From the NCBI GenBank assembly GCA_038087875.1, contig JAXLNO010000477.1, forward strand, positions 107,699-127,698: a DNA stretch of 20,000 bases. Reading direction: 5' to 3'. The first letter of the stretch is position 1. Each line of letters starts with the position of its first letter. This DNA is from Malacoraja senta. Taxonomy: Eukaryota. The position numbers and the translations under genes were made by a program. Shown here in pieces: positions 1 through 11,560 of the stretch. A model generated the notes under the pieces. The model had not been told where the DNA came from and searched no databases. It saw only the letters and a program-made list of their open reading frames with translations.

Positions 1-215
1 AGGGAGAGATTTGACCAGGGAGATAGGATGAAGTCGATGTATATGGAAATAAGTTTGGTGGTACAAGGGTCGAGGTATGTGGGAATTAAGGATAAATTAG
101 ATAGTTCGAATGCATATTACTCTGCTGATCAAGAGCTAGTAAATGGGATTTAGTAATTGGATACTATCGACATAGATAGTTGTTGGGCCTGCTTCTCTGC
201 TATGTGAATCTGTGA
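1..215 (+). mobile_element. Degenerate 3' end of a CR1-type LINE
   Basis: Loosely resembles CR1 3' ends (..gtaaatgggat..ttgggcctgcttctctgctatgtgaatctgtgac). Highly diverged, so boundaries are approximate. Confidence 0.4.
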
Positions 216-293
216 CACACGACCCAGTCTTGCACAATTCTCCACATGTGGTATCACCGTCACTAGTTATGGCAGGGGTCCGTTATTTTTCCC

Positions 294-440
294 TTGAATG
301 GGTCGAGTTATAATGAGAGGTGCGGACATTATTCCTTCGAGTGCCGGAGGATGAGGGATGATCTTATGATTATGTATAAAGTCACGAGGAAAATAGATCT
401 GGTAATTGCACTTTTATCCAGGTCGAGGATTAAAAACCAT
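294..440 (+). mobile_element. Degenerate CR1 ORF2 C-terminal fragment
   Basis: Translation GSSYNERCGHYSFECRRMRDDLMIMYKVTRKID aligns by eye with GLSYEERLDRPGLYSREFRRLRGDLIETYKILMGLD of the CR1 ORF at 797-1975. Confidence 0.65.
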
Positions 441-559
441 CTTAGATATCGATATCATCTGTTTCACATGGACAATCTTAGTCGCCATCATACTACGAAC
501 ATTCCCGCTCTGATCATAAATATCACTTTTCTTAGATGATTAGGATTGGCAAGGTTAGG

Positions 560-697
560 CAAAGGTTTGCTAGTGTGATATGTACCGAGGAATAGTGAAA
601 AGCTTTGTTTTGCTTCCGGTCCACGAATAGATCGTGCATAGGTACAAACAGTTCAAACTCAGATACATCAGATAGACCAAGAGGAATGTACAGAATA
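560..697 (-). mobile_element. 3' tail of an old Rex1/Babar-type LINE; the target into which the young CR1 inserted
   Basis: tgtaccgaggaatagtgaaaagctttg matches the tail motif at about 4301-4335 and 13106-13145. Confidence 0.55.
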
Positions 698-796
698 CAT
701 AGATACATAGATACATAGAAAATAGGTGCAGGAGTAGGCCATTCGGCCCTTCGAGCCTGCACCGCCATTCAATATGATCATGGCTGATCATCCAAC

Positions 797-3733
797 TCAG
801 TATCCCGTACCTGCCTTCTCTCCATAACCCCTGATCCCTTTAGCCACAAGGCCCACATCAAACTCCCTCTTAAATATAGCCAATGAACTGGCCTCAACTA
901 CCCTCTGTGGCAGAGAGTTCCAGAGATTCACCACTCTCAGTGTGAAAACGTTTTTTCTCATCTCGGTCTTAAAGGATTTCCCCCTTATCCTTAAGCCGTG
1001 ACCCCTTGTCCTGGACTTCCCCAACATCGGGAACAATCTTCCTGCATCTAGCCTGTCCAACCCCATAAGAATTTTGTAAGTTTCTATAAGATCCCCTCTC
1101 AATCTCCTAAATTCTCGCGAGTATAAGCCGGGTCTATCCAGTCTTTCTTCATATGAAAGTCCTGACATCCCAGGAATCAGTCTGGCGAACCTTCTCTGCA
1201 CTCCCTCTATGGCTATAATGTCCTTCCTCAGATTTGGAGACCAAAACTGTACGCAATACTCCAGGTGTGGTCTCACCAAGACCCTGTACCACTGCAGTAG
1301 AACCTCCCTGCTCCTATACTCAAATCCTTTTGCTATGAAAGCTAACATACCATTCGCTTTCTTCACTGCCTGCTGCACCTGCATGCCTACTTTCAATGAC
1401 TGATGTACCATGACACCCAGGTCTCGCTGCATCTCCCCTTTTCCTAATCGGCCACCATTTAGATAATAGTCTGCTTTCCTGATTTTGCCACCAAAGTGGA
1501 TAACCTCACATTTATCCACATTATACTGCATCTGCCAAACATTTGCCCTCTCACCCAGCCTATCCAAGTCACCTTGCAGTCTCCTAGCATCCTCCTCACA
1601 GCTAACACTGCCCCCCAGCTTAGTGTCATCCGCAAACTTGGAGATGTTGCCTTCAATTCCCTCATCCAGTTCATTAATATAAATTGTAAATAGCTGGGGT
1701 CCCAGCACTGAGCCTTGCGGTACCCCACTAGTCACTGCCTGCCATTGTGAAAAGGGCCCGTTTACTCCTACTCTTTGCTTCCTGTTTGCCAGCCAGTTCT
1801 CTATCCACATCAATACTGAACCCCCAATACCGTGTGCTTTAAGTTTGTATATTGATCTCTTATGTGGGACCTTGTCGAAAGCCTTCTGAAAGGCCAGATA
1901 CAACACATCCACTGGTTCTCCCCTATCCACTCTACTAGTTACATCCTCGAAAATTCTATAAGATTCGTCAGACATGATTTACCTTCCGTAAATCCATGCT
2001 GACTTTGTCCAATGATTTCACAACTTTCCAAATGTGCTGCTATCCCATCTTTAATAACTGACTCTAGCAGTTTCCCCACTACCGATGTTAGACTAACTGG
2101 TCTGTAATTCCCCGTTTTCTCTCTCCCTCCCTTCCTAAAAAGTGGGGTTACGTTTGCTGCCCTCCAATCCTCAGGATCTACTCCAGAATCTAAAGAGTTT
2201 TGAAAAATTATCACTAATGCATCCACTATTTCTGGAGCTACTTCCTTAAGTACTCTGGGATGCAGCCTATCTGGCCCTGGTGATTGATCAGCCTTTAATC
2301 CATTCAATTTACCCAACACCTCTTCCCGACTAACCTGGATTTCATTCAGTTCCTCCATCTCCTTTGACCCGCGGTCCCCTGCTATTTCCGGCAGATTATT
2401 TATGTCTTCCTTAGTGAAGACGGAACCAAAGTAGTTATTCAATTGGTCCGCCATATCCTTGTTCCCTATGATCAATTCACCTGTTTCTGACTGCAAGGGA
2501 CCTACATTTGTTTTAACTAATCTCTTTTTCTTCACATATCTATAAAAACGTTTGCAGTCAGTTTTTATGTTCCCTGCCAGTTTTCTTTCATAATCTATTT
2601 CCCCTTTCCTAATTAAGCCCGTTGTCCTCCTCTGCTGGTCTCTGAATTTCTCCCAGTCCTCTGGTATGCTGCTTTTTTCTGGCTAATTTGTACGCATCAT
2701 CTTTTGCTTTGATACTATCCCTGATTTCCCTAGTTATCCACGGATGCACTACCTTCCCTGATTTATTCTTTTGCCAAACTGGGATGAACAATGTTTGTAG
2801 TTCATCCATGCAGTCTTTAAATGCCTTCCATTGCATATCCACCGTCAACCCTTTTAGAACCAATTGCCAGTCAATCTTGGCCAATTCACGCCTCATACCC
2901 TCAAAGTTACCTTTCTTTAAGTTCAGAACCATTGTTTCTGAATAAACAATGTAACTCTCCATCCTAATGAAGAACTCAACCATATTATGGTCACTCTTGC
3001 CCAAGGGGGCACGCACAACAAGACTGCTAACTAACCCCTCCTCATTACTCAATACCCAGTCTAGAATAGCCTGCTCTCTCGTTGGTTCCTCTACATGTTG
3101 GTTTAGATAACTATCCCGCATACATTCCAAGAAATCCTCTTCCTCAGCACCCCTGCCAATTTGATTCACCCAATCTATATGTAGATTGAAGTCACCCATT
3201 ATAACTGTTTTGCCTTTGTTGCACGCATATCTAATTTCCTGTTTGATACCATCCCCAACTTCACTACTACTGTTAGGTGGCCTGTACACAACACCCACCA
3301 GCGTTTTCTGCCCCTTAGTGTTTCGCAGCTCTACCCATGTCGATTCCACATCCTCCAAGCTAATGTCCTTCCTTTCCACTGCGTTAATCTCCTCTCTAAC
3401 CAGCAACGCTACCCCACCTCCGTTTCGTTTCTCTCTATCCCTCCTGAATATTGAATATCCCTGGATGTTCAGCTCCCAGCCTTGGTCACCCTGGAGCCAT
3501 GTCTCCGTGATCCCAACTATATCATAATCATTAATAGCTATCTGCACCTTCAACTCATCCACCTTATTACGAATGCTCCTTGCATTGAGACACAAAGCCT
3601 TCAGGCTTGTTTTTACAACGCTCTTACCCCTTTTACAATTATGTTGAAAAGTGGCCCTTTTTGATTTTTGTCCTGGATTTGTCTGCCTGCCACTTTTACT
3701 TTTCACCTTGCTACCTATTGCTTCCGCCCGCAT
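797..3733 (-). pseudogene. CR1 ORF2 (AP endonuclease plus reverse transcriptase), about 978 aa, interrupted by two 1-nt indels
   Basis: APE motifs LNARS, GITETWL, GDFN, SDH; RT motifs NYRPVSL, QHGF, GVPQGSVLGP, FADD. ORFs 2609-3952, 1939-2535 and 797-1975 join after removing one T from run 2673-2678 and adding one A to run 1950-1953. The start ATG at 3733 is inferred. Confidence 0.92.
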
Positions 3734-3912
3734 TTTACACCCCTCTGTTTCTCTGCTCACCCATTTAAGAACCCCACCACCTCTTATTCTCTGTTTATTA
3801 TTGTTTTCTTCTTTCCCCCCTACATGTTGGGTTTGAGTGCTTTCCTTCTCTGCCTCCTGCCTCACACACTGTCTAATAGCTTTCTCTATTTGAGTCCCTC
3901 CCCCCAACCGTT

Positions 3913-3960
3913 CTAGTTTAAAGTCTCCCCAGTAGCCTTTGCAAATCTCCACGCCAGGAG
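3913..3960 (-). pseudogene. Last about 15 codons of CR1 ORF1
   Basis: Reads LLAWRFAKATGETLN*, resembling the 'LAGRFA..LN*' ending of esterase-type CR1 ORF1, and lies directly upstream of ORF2. Confidence 0.6.
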
Positions 3961-4429
3961 ATACAGAATATTGTTCGTGATGTTATGCTCATTATTGCCT
4001 TTTATTTCTACGAATCCCAGAATTGCCCGTGTGTTTGTAAGGATGAACATCATTTGAACAACATTTGCTCAGCCCACATTGCATAATTGAGACCGCCGTG
4101 GAACTGGTCATGTGCAGTTGGTGAATTCGAGCTGTAAAAACGCAATGTTAGTACAATGTGCAAAACGTATCATTTGACTGTGCCGAGGTCCACAGCTGGA
4201 ACGATGTATGATGCGTTGCTTCTGTGAGCCATGAGACATCCCGCTGGGTTCGTGGTGTTGGGAACAATTAAGATGGGAAGAGCATTAGGTTTTAGCCACG
4301 TTTATTATCACATGTATCAAGGTACAGTCTAAAACTTGGTTGTACATGCTGTCCAAACTGATCAGATATAACATATACAGATTCAATCAGTTCAAACACG
4401 GGGACACAGAGTGGTGAGTCTTTGTATAA

Positions 4430-4660
4430 ACACAGCGGTGGTCAGCGTGTGGATTCGCACAGGGGTTCGTGGGTATATAGAACGTGTTGCCAGAGGAGAT
4501 AGTTGGGGTGAAAACTATCACAACATTTAAAGACATTTGGACAGGCAGGTGTATAGGAAAGGTTGACAATTATCAGGGACAAACATAGTAGGTGGGACTA
4601 GTGTAGATGGGGCACTTTGGTCGGTGGGAGCAGCAAGCTGGACGATGGTCTATGACTATG
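4430..4660 (+). mobile_element. Degenerate CR1 3' fragment
   Basis: gtgggtatatagaacgtgttgccagaggag..acatttaaagacatttggacagg..gtctatgactatg corresponds to the VVxxWNxLP..FK..LD coding end plus a short tandem tail. Confidence 0.55.
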
Positions 4661-4757
4661 TAAATAGATGAAGCAAAGTGGACGATACAGAGTGCAGAAC
4701 ACAGTTTTCACCATTGTATCGCAACATTGTTCATCAGTTTGTCAGACAACACCCATT

Positions 4758-4909
4758 GGTTTAGAGGCTGTTGTGAGACAACGCCCAATGCCACAATGGG
4801 TTAGAGGCTGTTGTGAGACAAAGCCCAATGCCACAATGGGTTAGAGGCTGTTGTGAGACAACGCCCAATGCCACAATGGGTTAGAGGCTGTTGTGAGACA
4901 AAGCCCAAA
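4758..4909. repeat. 40-bp minisatellite, about 3.8 copies
   Basis: ttagaggctg recurs at 4761, 4801, 4841 and 4881; unit gggttagaggctgttgtgagacaa(c/a)gcccaatgccacaat. Confidence 0.95.
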
Positions 4910-5559
4910 CCCGCAATTTTCCCGTCGGAAACCAGCACCACTGCGTCACGAATGTTTTCTATGATGATGAATGAACGAAGTTAGAGGCAAATTGAGCAGA
5001 AACACAGCTCTGGAGGGACTGTTTAGGCGCCTGATAACAGAGGGTAATAAGCTATCCGTATGTCCCGTGGTGCGCAATTCAGAACTGACCTCAGACTCAA
5101 TCATTTCATACATGATTACATTATTCTTCATTTCCACATCGTAAAAAAAAACCATGTTCGCCCAGCCATATTTGTACTTGATAAATGAGCGTCACTATTT
5201 TCTGGGTAGGAGGTACAGTGTATTCAGATATGTTTGCCAGGATACATTCCATCTTATCCTAGTCACTCAATTCTTATTCTGAAACATTTATCGTAACTAG
5301 ATTATCCAGCGACCCTTTGTGTATTTCGGTGTATAATCATCCTGTCAAGGCCTCTCAGAAGCTGACATTTGTTGTGTCAATAGAATCACTTGTCGTTGTT
5401 CCAAACTGCACAGAGTAGACGGTCTGATCAACTGTTGGTCCTTTGGCGGCCATTTTTGCCGAGGGATAAATTTCGACTTCAGTCTCTGCACCGAGCTGAA
5501 GTCGAAATTGCATAGTGTTCCTTGACGGATATAACGTCAAAGCAGAACCGTCTGCGGCC

Positions 5560-5880
5560 AATGGGAAAGGGGTAACTACAGAGAGAGTGGGACCTCTCAT
5601 GGATCAAAGCGCTCACCTCTGTGTGGAGCCACAGCAGATGGACATGATCCTCAATAAGTGTCTCTCCTCTGTATTTTTCGAGGATAAAAACTGTCGGACG
5701 GAGGATCTTGGGGCAGTCAATGGAAGTGTATTGAGAGCAGTCAGTGTTACCGTCGAAGAAGTACTGATGGTACTATCGTGTATCAAGGTAGACAAATCTC
5801 CAGGGCCTGATCACACATATCCGAGGACATTGTACGAAACTAGAGTGGGAATTACGGGAGCCCTCGTTGAAATTTACGTG
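5560..5880 (+). mobile_element. Older CR1 ORF2 internal fragment
   Basis: ERVGPLMDQ..ILNKCLSSVF..VEEVL..KVDKSPGPDHTYPRTL aligns with VGPLQSE..LNNYFGSVF..REEVL..KADQSPGPDRLHPRVL of ORF 1939-2535. Confidence 0.8.
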
Positions 5881-5892
5881 GTCAACGTGCTG

Positions 5893-6503
5893 AAGCAGGC
5901 CATTCGGCCCTTCGAGCCGGCACCGCCATTCACTGTGATCATGGCTGATCATCCACAATCAGTACCCCGTTCCTGCCTTCTCCCTATATCCCTTGAATCT
6001 GCTATCTTTAAGAGCTCTATCTAACTCTTTCTTGGAATCATCCAGAGACTAGGCCCCCACTGCCTTCTGAGGCAAACAATTCCACAGATTCACTACTCTC
6101 TGGGTAAGAAAGTGCTTCCTCATCTCCGTTCTAAATGACGTCGCTTATTCTTAAACTGTGGCCCCTGGTTCTAGACTCCTCCAACATCGGGAACACGTTT
6201 CCTGCCTCTAGCGTGTCCAATCCCCTAATAATCTTATACGTTTCAATAGCATCCCCTCTCATCCTTCTAAATTCCAGTGTATACAAGCCCAGTCGCTCCA
6301 TTCTTTCAGCATCTAACATTCCCGCCATCCCGGGAATTAACCGTGTAAACCATAGCAAGAACGTCCATTCTCAAAATCGGTGACCAAAACTGCACACAAT
6401 ACTCCACGTGTGGTCTCTCCAGGGCCCTGTCCAACTGTAGAAGGACCTCTTTGCTCCTATACTCAACTCCTGTTGTTATGAAGGCCAACATGCCATTAGC
6501 TTT
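5893..6503 (-). mobile_element. CR1 3' fragment of a family related to the 698-3961 element
   Basis: Colinear with about 730-1360; translations KANGMLAFITTGVEYRSKEVLLQL..YCVQFWSP and RRMRGDAIETYKII..ESRTRGHSLRI. Confidence 0.9.
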
Positions 6504-6730
6504 TGTGACAATATCCATGTAATTTATGCATATGAGCTGTACTCATTCTCGCACATGCTCAGACTTGCGCATATAATTATGTAAATCAGTCGGTGACCTT
6601 TAACTTGGAAATACAATTCTTGCCTTTGATTCCTACACGAGTGTGTGTGGAGCCATCTTTCTCCGTCTAATATGTGCTAGTTTTACCTACATCATAAGCA
6701 GACACATATCAAAACATGGTGGCATTGGTG
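6504..6730 (+). mobile_element. Putative Gypsy-type LTR (6504-6716) followed by a primer-binding site
   Basis: TG..CA termini with an imperfect inverted repeat (TGTgacaATAT / ATATcaaaACA), directly followed by TGGTGGCA; gag-like peptide downstream at 7859. Confidence 0.4.
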
Positions 6731-7083
6731 AAAGTGAAGATTTGTGGATAAAATGGAGGCTATGATGATTAGCAAAAATGCTTAGAAAAGCTTTCAGGAA
6801 TCAGTGTTTCAATGCTCAGCGACCGACTAGCTGCATGCATTAGTGGGATGATATGCAGGCCAGTGAGCACACAACGATAAGACGCAGTGTGTAATCAGTG
6901 CTGTGGGAGACTGCTTAAACATAGCACACGCTGCATGGAAGCAGATAAAAACAAGTTTTGTTTCAATATATTTTGTATATTAGTAGAAGATATTAGAGAA
7001 TATTACGCAAATTGCGCAGTCGTGCGTTGCGCTTAAAGCTAAACGATACGTAAGCGATTAAAAGCGACGGGATACTCTGATAT

Positions 7084-7850
7084 TTGAATTGAATTGAATT
7101 GAATTTCCTTTATTGTCATTCAAACAATAGATTGAACGAAATTGCGTACCTTGCAGTCATGGCAGAGAAAAAGCAACAAAACTCACAATGAACACAATTT
7201 AACACAAATATCCATCACAGTGAATCTCCAGGCAACTCCTCACTGTGATGGAAGACATAAAGTCCTATCTCTTCCTTGCTTGTTCTCCCGCTGCGTCGAG
7301 GCGATCGAGGCTCTCGATGTTGAAACCCCCGCCGGGTGATGGGTAAATCCCGCGGCCGATTCCAAGCTCCCCGAACGGGCCGCCTCAAACTCCGCGACCC
7401 GGGCCGGACGAAGCCGCCACCCTCCAGTCCAGCTGTTGCGGGAGCTGCCGAAAATCAGTCACCAAGCAGGGACCTGCGAGCTCCCGATGTTACCGTCCAC
7501 AGGGCCCGCGGCCGAAGCCCGCGAGCCCCGAAGTCGGGTCGCAGCCACAGCTCCACCACAGCCTCCGAAGTCAGCCAGCTCCGCGATGGGAAGTCCACAG
7601 GCTCTGCCACCGGAGCCCCCAAAGTCGATTCCAGTTTGAGGCCCCCAGCTCCCCGATATTAGGCCTCAGTGCAGACGCAGACGGAGATATGACAAGGAAA
7701 AAGACGCAACCCCGTAGAAGGAAGAGATTTAAAAAATCTTTCCCCCACTCCCCACATATACACAACTAAACATAAACTAAAACATACATCTAATAAGACA
7801 AAATAAAACAAATAAAGACAAAGCCAGGCGACTGCAGGCGAGCCGCAGCT
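7084..7850 (-). mobile_element. Non-coding GC-rich retroposon with AATAAA and (ATTCA)n tail
   Basis: On the - strand it ends tgacaataaaggaaattcaattcaattcaattcaa. The CpG-rich body has no recognisable protein. No TSD seen. Confidence 0.55.
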
Positions 7851-7858
7851 ACATCCGG

Positions 7859-7999
7859 ATGGAAGTGGCGGCGCAGGCCAGTTCATCTTTCCACGTGGCT
7901 CCACCACCCAACCTAAAGCTCAAAGAGAAGCGGGTGGAAGAGTGGAAAATGTTTAAACAAATGTACGAAAATTATCATTACATGACTACTGCCCCATAG
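7859..7999 (+). pseudogene. Gypsy gag-like N-terminal remnant (46 aa)
   Basis: MEVAAQASSSFHVAPPPNLKLKEKRVEEWKMFKQMYENY resembles the PPP.L....E.WK.FKQ.(W/F)ENY start of Gypsy gag proteins; truncated where the satellite begins. Confidence 0.45.
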
Positions 8000-9015
8000 A
8001 GTATCTCCCTATCAGTACTACAACACAGCGTGTTATTACATCAGTACTACTGCACACTGTCACTCCGTCAGTACAACCCCACAGTGTGTCATTCCATCAG
8101 AACTACCCCACAGCGTGACACTTCATCAGTAGTATTACACAGTGTCATTTCATCAGTACTACTGCACAGTGTGTCACGCCATCAGTACTACTGCACAGTG
8201 AGTCTCTCCATCACTACGTCCACACCGTGTTTAACGCCATCAGTACTGCCCCATCGTGTGTCACTCCATCAGTACTATCCCACAGTGTATCACGCCAATC
8301 GTACTACCCTATATATTGTCATTCCAACCTTACTACCCCACAGTGTGTCTCTCCATCAGTACTACTCCACCTTGTGTCCATAACATCAGTACTACCCCAC
8401 AGTGTGTCTCTCCATCAGTACTACCCCAATGTATGGCCATAATATTAATGTTACCCCACAGTGTGTCTCTCCATCAGTACTACCCCAATGTATGGCCATA
8501 ATATTAATGTTATCCCACAGTGTGTCTCTCCATCAGTATTAACACATAGTGATTCACTCCATCAGTACTACCCCACAGTGTGTCTCTCCATCAGTACTAC
8601 CCTACAGTGATTCACTCCATCAGTACTACCCCACAGTGTGTCTCTCCATCAGTACTACCCCATAGTGATTCACTCCATCAGTACTACCCCACAGTGTGTC
8701 TCTCCATCAGTACTACCCCATAGTGATTCACTCCATCAGTACTACCCCACAGTATTTCACTTCTACAGAAACACCCACAGTGTGTCATTCATCAGTACTA
8801 ACCCGCAGTACGTCAGTCCATCAGTAATACACCACAGAGCGTCATTCCATCAGTACTATCACACAGTGCGTCACTCCATTAGTATAGCACCACAGTGTGC
8901 CAGTCCATCAGTAACATACAACAGTGGGCCAATCCATCAGTACTATTCCACAGTGTGTATCCCATCAATGTCGCCCCGTTGGGCGCCACTCCACCAGTAC
9001 TACACCACAGTGTGT
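7976..9015. repeat. 29-bp minisatellite array
   Basis: Unit ccatcagtactaccccacagtgtgtctct (e.g. 8588 to 8617); homogeneous at about 8520-8750 and diverged at the edges. Confidence 0.95.
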
Positions 9016-9262
9016 CAATCCAGTTTAACTATCCCCACAGTGTCAATCCAGCTTAACTATCCCCACAGTGTCAATCCAGCTTAACTATCCCCACAGTGTC
9101 AATGCAGCTTAACTATCCCCACACTGCCAATCCAGCTTAACTATCCCCACAGTGTCAATCCAGCTTAACTATCCCCACAGTGTCAATCCAGCTTAACTAT
9201 CCCCACAGTGTCAATGCAGCTTAACTATCCCCACACTGCCAATCCAGTTTAACTATCACCCC
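9016..9262. repeat. 28-bp minisatellite related to the adjacent 29-mer
   Basis: Unit ccagcttaactatccccacagtgtcaat; atccccacag at 9031 and 9059. Confidence 0.95.
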
Positions 9263-9299
9263 ATCATTACTACACAATGTGGCATTCCATCTGAACTAT

Positions 9300-9480
9300 C
9301 CCACTTTGTGTCACTCCATCAGTATTGCCCCACTGTGTGTGTCACGTTCCCAGTCTCCCCCACTTTGTGTCACTCCATCAGTGTTGCCCCACTGTGTGTG
9401 TCACGTTCCCAGTCTCCCCCACAGTGTGTCACTCCATCAATAATTCCAACAGCGTGTCACTCCATTGGTGCTTTCCCCAA
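9300..9480. repeat. 59-bp dimeric variant of the same satellite
   Basis: ccactttgtgtcactccatcagt..gtcacgttcccagtctcccc repeats at 9301 and 9360. Confidence 0.85.
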
Positions 9481-9705
9481 ACTGCGACATTGCATATTCC
9501 ACACAAACGCACCCTCACAGACACTCACAATCTCACACACTCACACAATTCACACAATTACCCACCCTTGCGCACGGCAATGCACTCTTACACATACACA
9601 AACATTACTCATACAACGCTACGCACTCAAAGTCACGGACACTGACACATCGAAACACAGACCCGTGGACACACCCACTCACGGAGGCACTTACATATTC
9701 ACGTA

Positions 9706-9839
9706 TCCCTATTCCTTCAATAAGGGTCTTCATGTTCCATGAAGAAGGGTCCGAAATGAATAGGCGGCCGAAAGGTCGCCTATTCATTCTCTCCATAGAT
9801 GCTGCCTCTCCCGCTGAGTTTCTCCAGCAGTTTTTGTTT
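9706..9839 (+). mobile_element. 134-bp Penelope terminal-repeat-derived insertion with 17-bp TSD
   Basis: ACTTACATATTCACGTA at 9689-9705 and 9840-9856. The body shares ccatagatgctgcct..cccgctgag..tctccagca with 17987-18023. Confidence 0.85.
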
Positions 9840-10138
9840 ACTTACATATTCACGTACCCACACTCGCTCCCACACTCGCCCACACTTCTCTCGTATACTC
9901 ACGAAACTCACACATTCTTACACAGTTCGTCGCAACGTCATATACTTTTTCAAACACCAGCACACACTCACGCCTCACACACAAATACTTTCACACCCTC
10001 ACTCATACCCTTGTAAACGTTGACACCACTAACACTAAAATACACACTGTCACACTGTCACACACTGACATTGTTGTGCACTCACACTCATCGTATACAC
10101 ACTCATTGTCACAAAAGCGTAAACGCACACTCAAATAC

Positions 10139-10242
10139 AGTCATAAGATCATAACCGATTGCAGCATATTTAAGCTATTCGGTCCATCAAATCTACTCCG
10201 CCGTTCAATCATGGCTGATCTATCTTCCCCTCCTGACCCCAT
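10139..10242 (-). mobile_element. CR1 3' UTR fragment
   Basis: ctattcggtccatc..ccgccgttcaatcatggctgatc matches the CR1 3' UTR at 738-790. Confidence 0.75.
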
Positions 10243-10249
10243 GGGTGTG

Positions 10250-10445
10250 TCACACATACACACACACGCGCACACACACGCACACACACACAAACTCACG
10301 CACACAAGCACGCACACACACAAGCACACACACACACACGCACAAACACACACGCGCACAACCGAACACGCACACACACACACGCACACAACCGAACACA
10401 CATACGCACACACAGACACACAAAAGCATACACACATACACACAC

Positions 10446-10476
<31 letters not shown>

Positions 10477-10600
10477 TGCACACACACAAACACACACATG
10501 CACACACACAAACACACACACACAAACACACACACACACACATATATATACACACACACACAACCGAACACGCACACAACCGAACACATATAATCACAGG
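10250..10600. repeat. Imperfect (CA)n microsatellite inside a wider CA-rich region (about 9500-10825)
   Basis: Seen directly in the sequence. Confidence 0.95.
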
Positions 10601-11169
10601 CACTCAAATACTCTCACATGTTCTCACATACAATGATACACATGCACTCACACTACCAGACATAAACACGTACTAGCACTAAGAGACATGCATTTATTTG
10701 CACACATGCACTAATACATTCACGGACAATCACTTACTCAACACCACCATATATTCACACACTCATGCTTTATCACTATCAAACAATCAGATATTCAAAC
10801 ATTCTCACAAACTCACATTCCCACATCCATCTATCTATCTTCTATACTATTACTAAAACACTCATCTAGACCACTTCCGGTCTATGTTGTAAATAAAATT
10901 TAGCCAAAACGCTCCCCTATATCGCTATGATTTTTCGCCATCTTACTCACCGACTCCACCGCTCCACGCGTCCCAGCGTTAGTTCCGATCGGTGAAATAA
11001 TAGAAAAGTCATGAATGTTTAAAACATCGTGAGATCAGCAGATATGTCTTCTCGTCTGTCAGTCACCATGAAGAAGGTAACGCCCCTTCCGTGGGCCAGG
11101 AGAATAAATCCCGGAGACCGGACGTGAATCAGTTACCCCGGAAGACCGCGAGTGAGAGTTGAGTCCAGA

Positions 11170-11560
11170 ACTGTGCGTCTACACCGTGAGTGAACTGAAC
11201 TGTGAGTCTGCACCGTGCTGATTGAACTGTGAGTCTACGCCGTGAGTGAGTGAACTGTCAGTCTGCGCCGTGAGTGAAATGAACTGTGAAAGTGCACCGT
11301 GCTGACTGAACATTAAGTCTACACCGTGAGTGAACTCAACTGTCATTCTATGCCGTGAGTGAATGTAACTGTGAGTCTACGCCGTGAGTGAATGTAACTG
11401 TGAGTCTATGCCGTCAGTGAACTGAACTGTGAGTCTGCACAGTGCTGATTGAACTGTGAGTCTGCACAGTGCTGATTAAACTGTGAGTCTACGCCGTGCG
11501 AAACTGAACTGTGAGTCCATGCCGTGAGTAAATGAACTATGTGTCTGCGCCGAGCTGACT
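11170..11560. repeat. About 29-bp minisatellite inside the Helitron
   Basis: Unit ctgtgagtctacgccgtgagtgaatgtaa and variants (11369 to 11398). Confidence 0.9.

Larger units (their letters stand above)
698..3961 (-). mobile_element. Young CR1 LINE, 5'-truncated at the end of ORF1, with complete ORF2, 3' UTR and microsatellite tail
   Basis: APE and RT ORF2; 3' UTR stem GGTGCAGG..CCTGCACC; (TCTATGTA)n tail at about 698-720; 9-bp direct repeat TACAGAATA at 689-697 and 3962-3970 (TSD). Confidence 0.95.
4298..5095 (-). mobile_element. Old Rex1/Babar-type LINE 3' portion, interrupted by a CR1 3' fragment and a minisatellite
   Basis: Tail motif at 4301-4335. ORF 4946-5155 contains RTTGHTDSLLPSVIRRLN, homologous to KTHTSRFKDSFFPAVIRQLN at 13163-13354. 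Confidence 0.65.

Noticed and set aside
1209..3916. Short + strand ORFs opposite CR1 ORF2
   Set aside because: Antisense shadows of the retrotransposon coding sequence.
3734..3952. N-terminal extension of ORF 2609-3952
   Set aside because: Starts at a GTG overlapping the ORF1 remnant in another frame; more likely open inter-ORF sequence.
4758..4909. Regularly spaced repeats as a CRISPR array
   Set aside because: Head-to-tail units with no unique spacers, no cas genes, and eukaryotic context. The same applies to 7976-9480 and 11170-11560.
5515..6024. 169-aa ORF as a gene
   Set aside because: Chimera of a + strand CR1 fragment and the antisense 3' UTR of another CR1.
7336..7662. 108-aa R/P/S-rich ORF
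   Set aside because: GC-rich repeat body with ORFs in several frames and no recognisable domain.
8030..10676. Many ORFs rich in H/T/Q/Y or C/V
   Set aside because: They are translations of minisatellite and (CA)n/(TG)n sequence that happens to lack stops.
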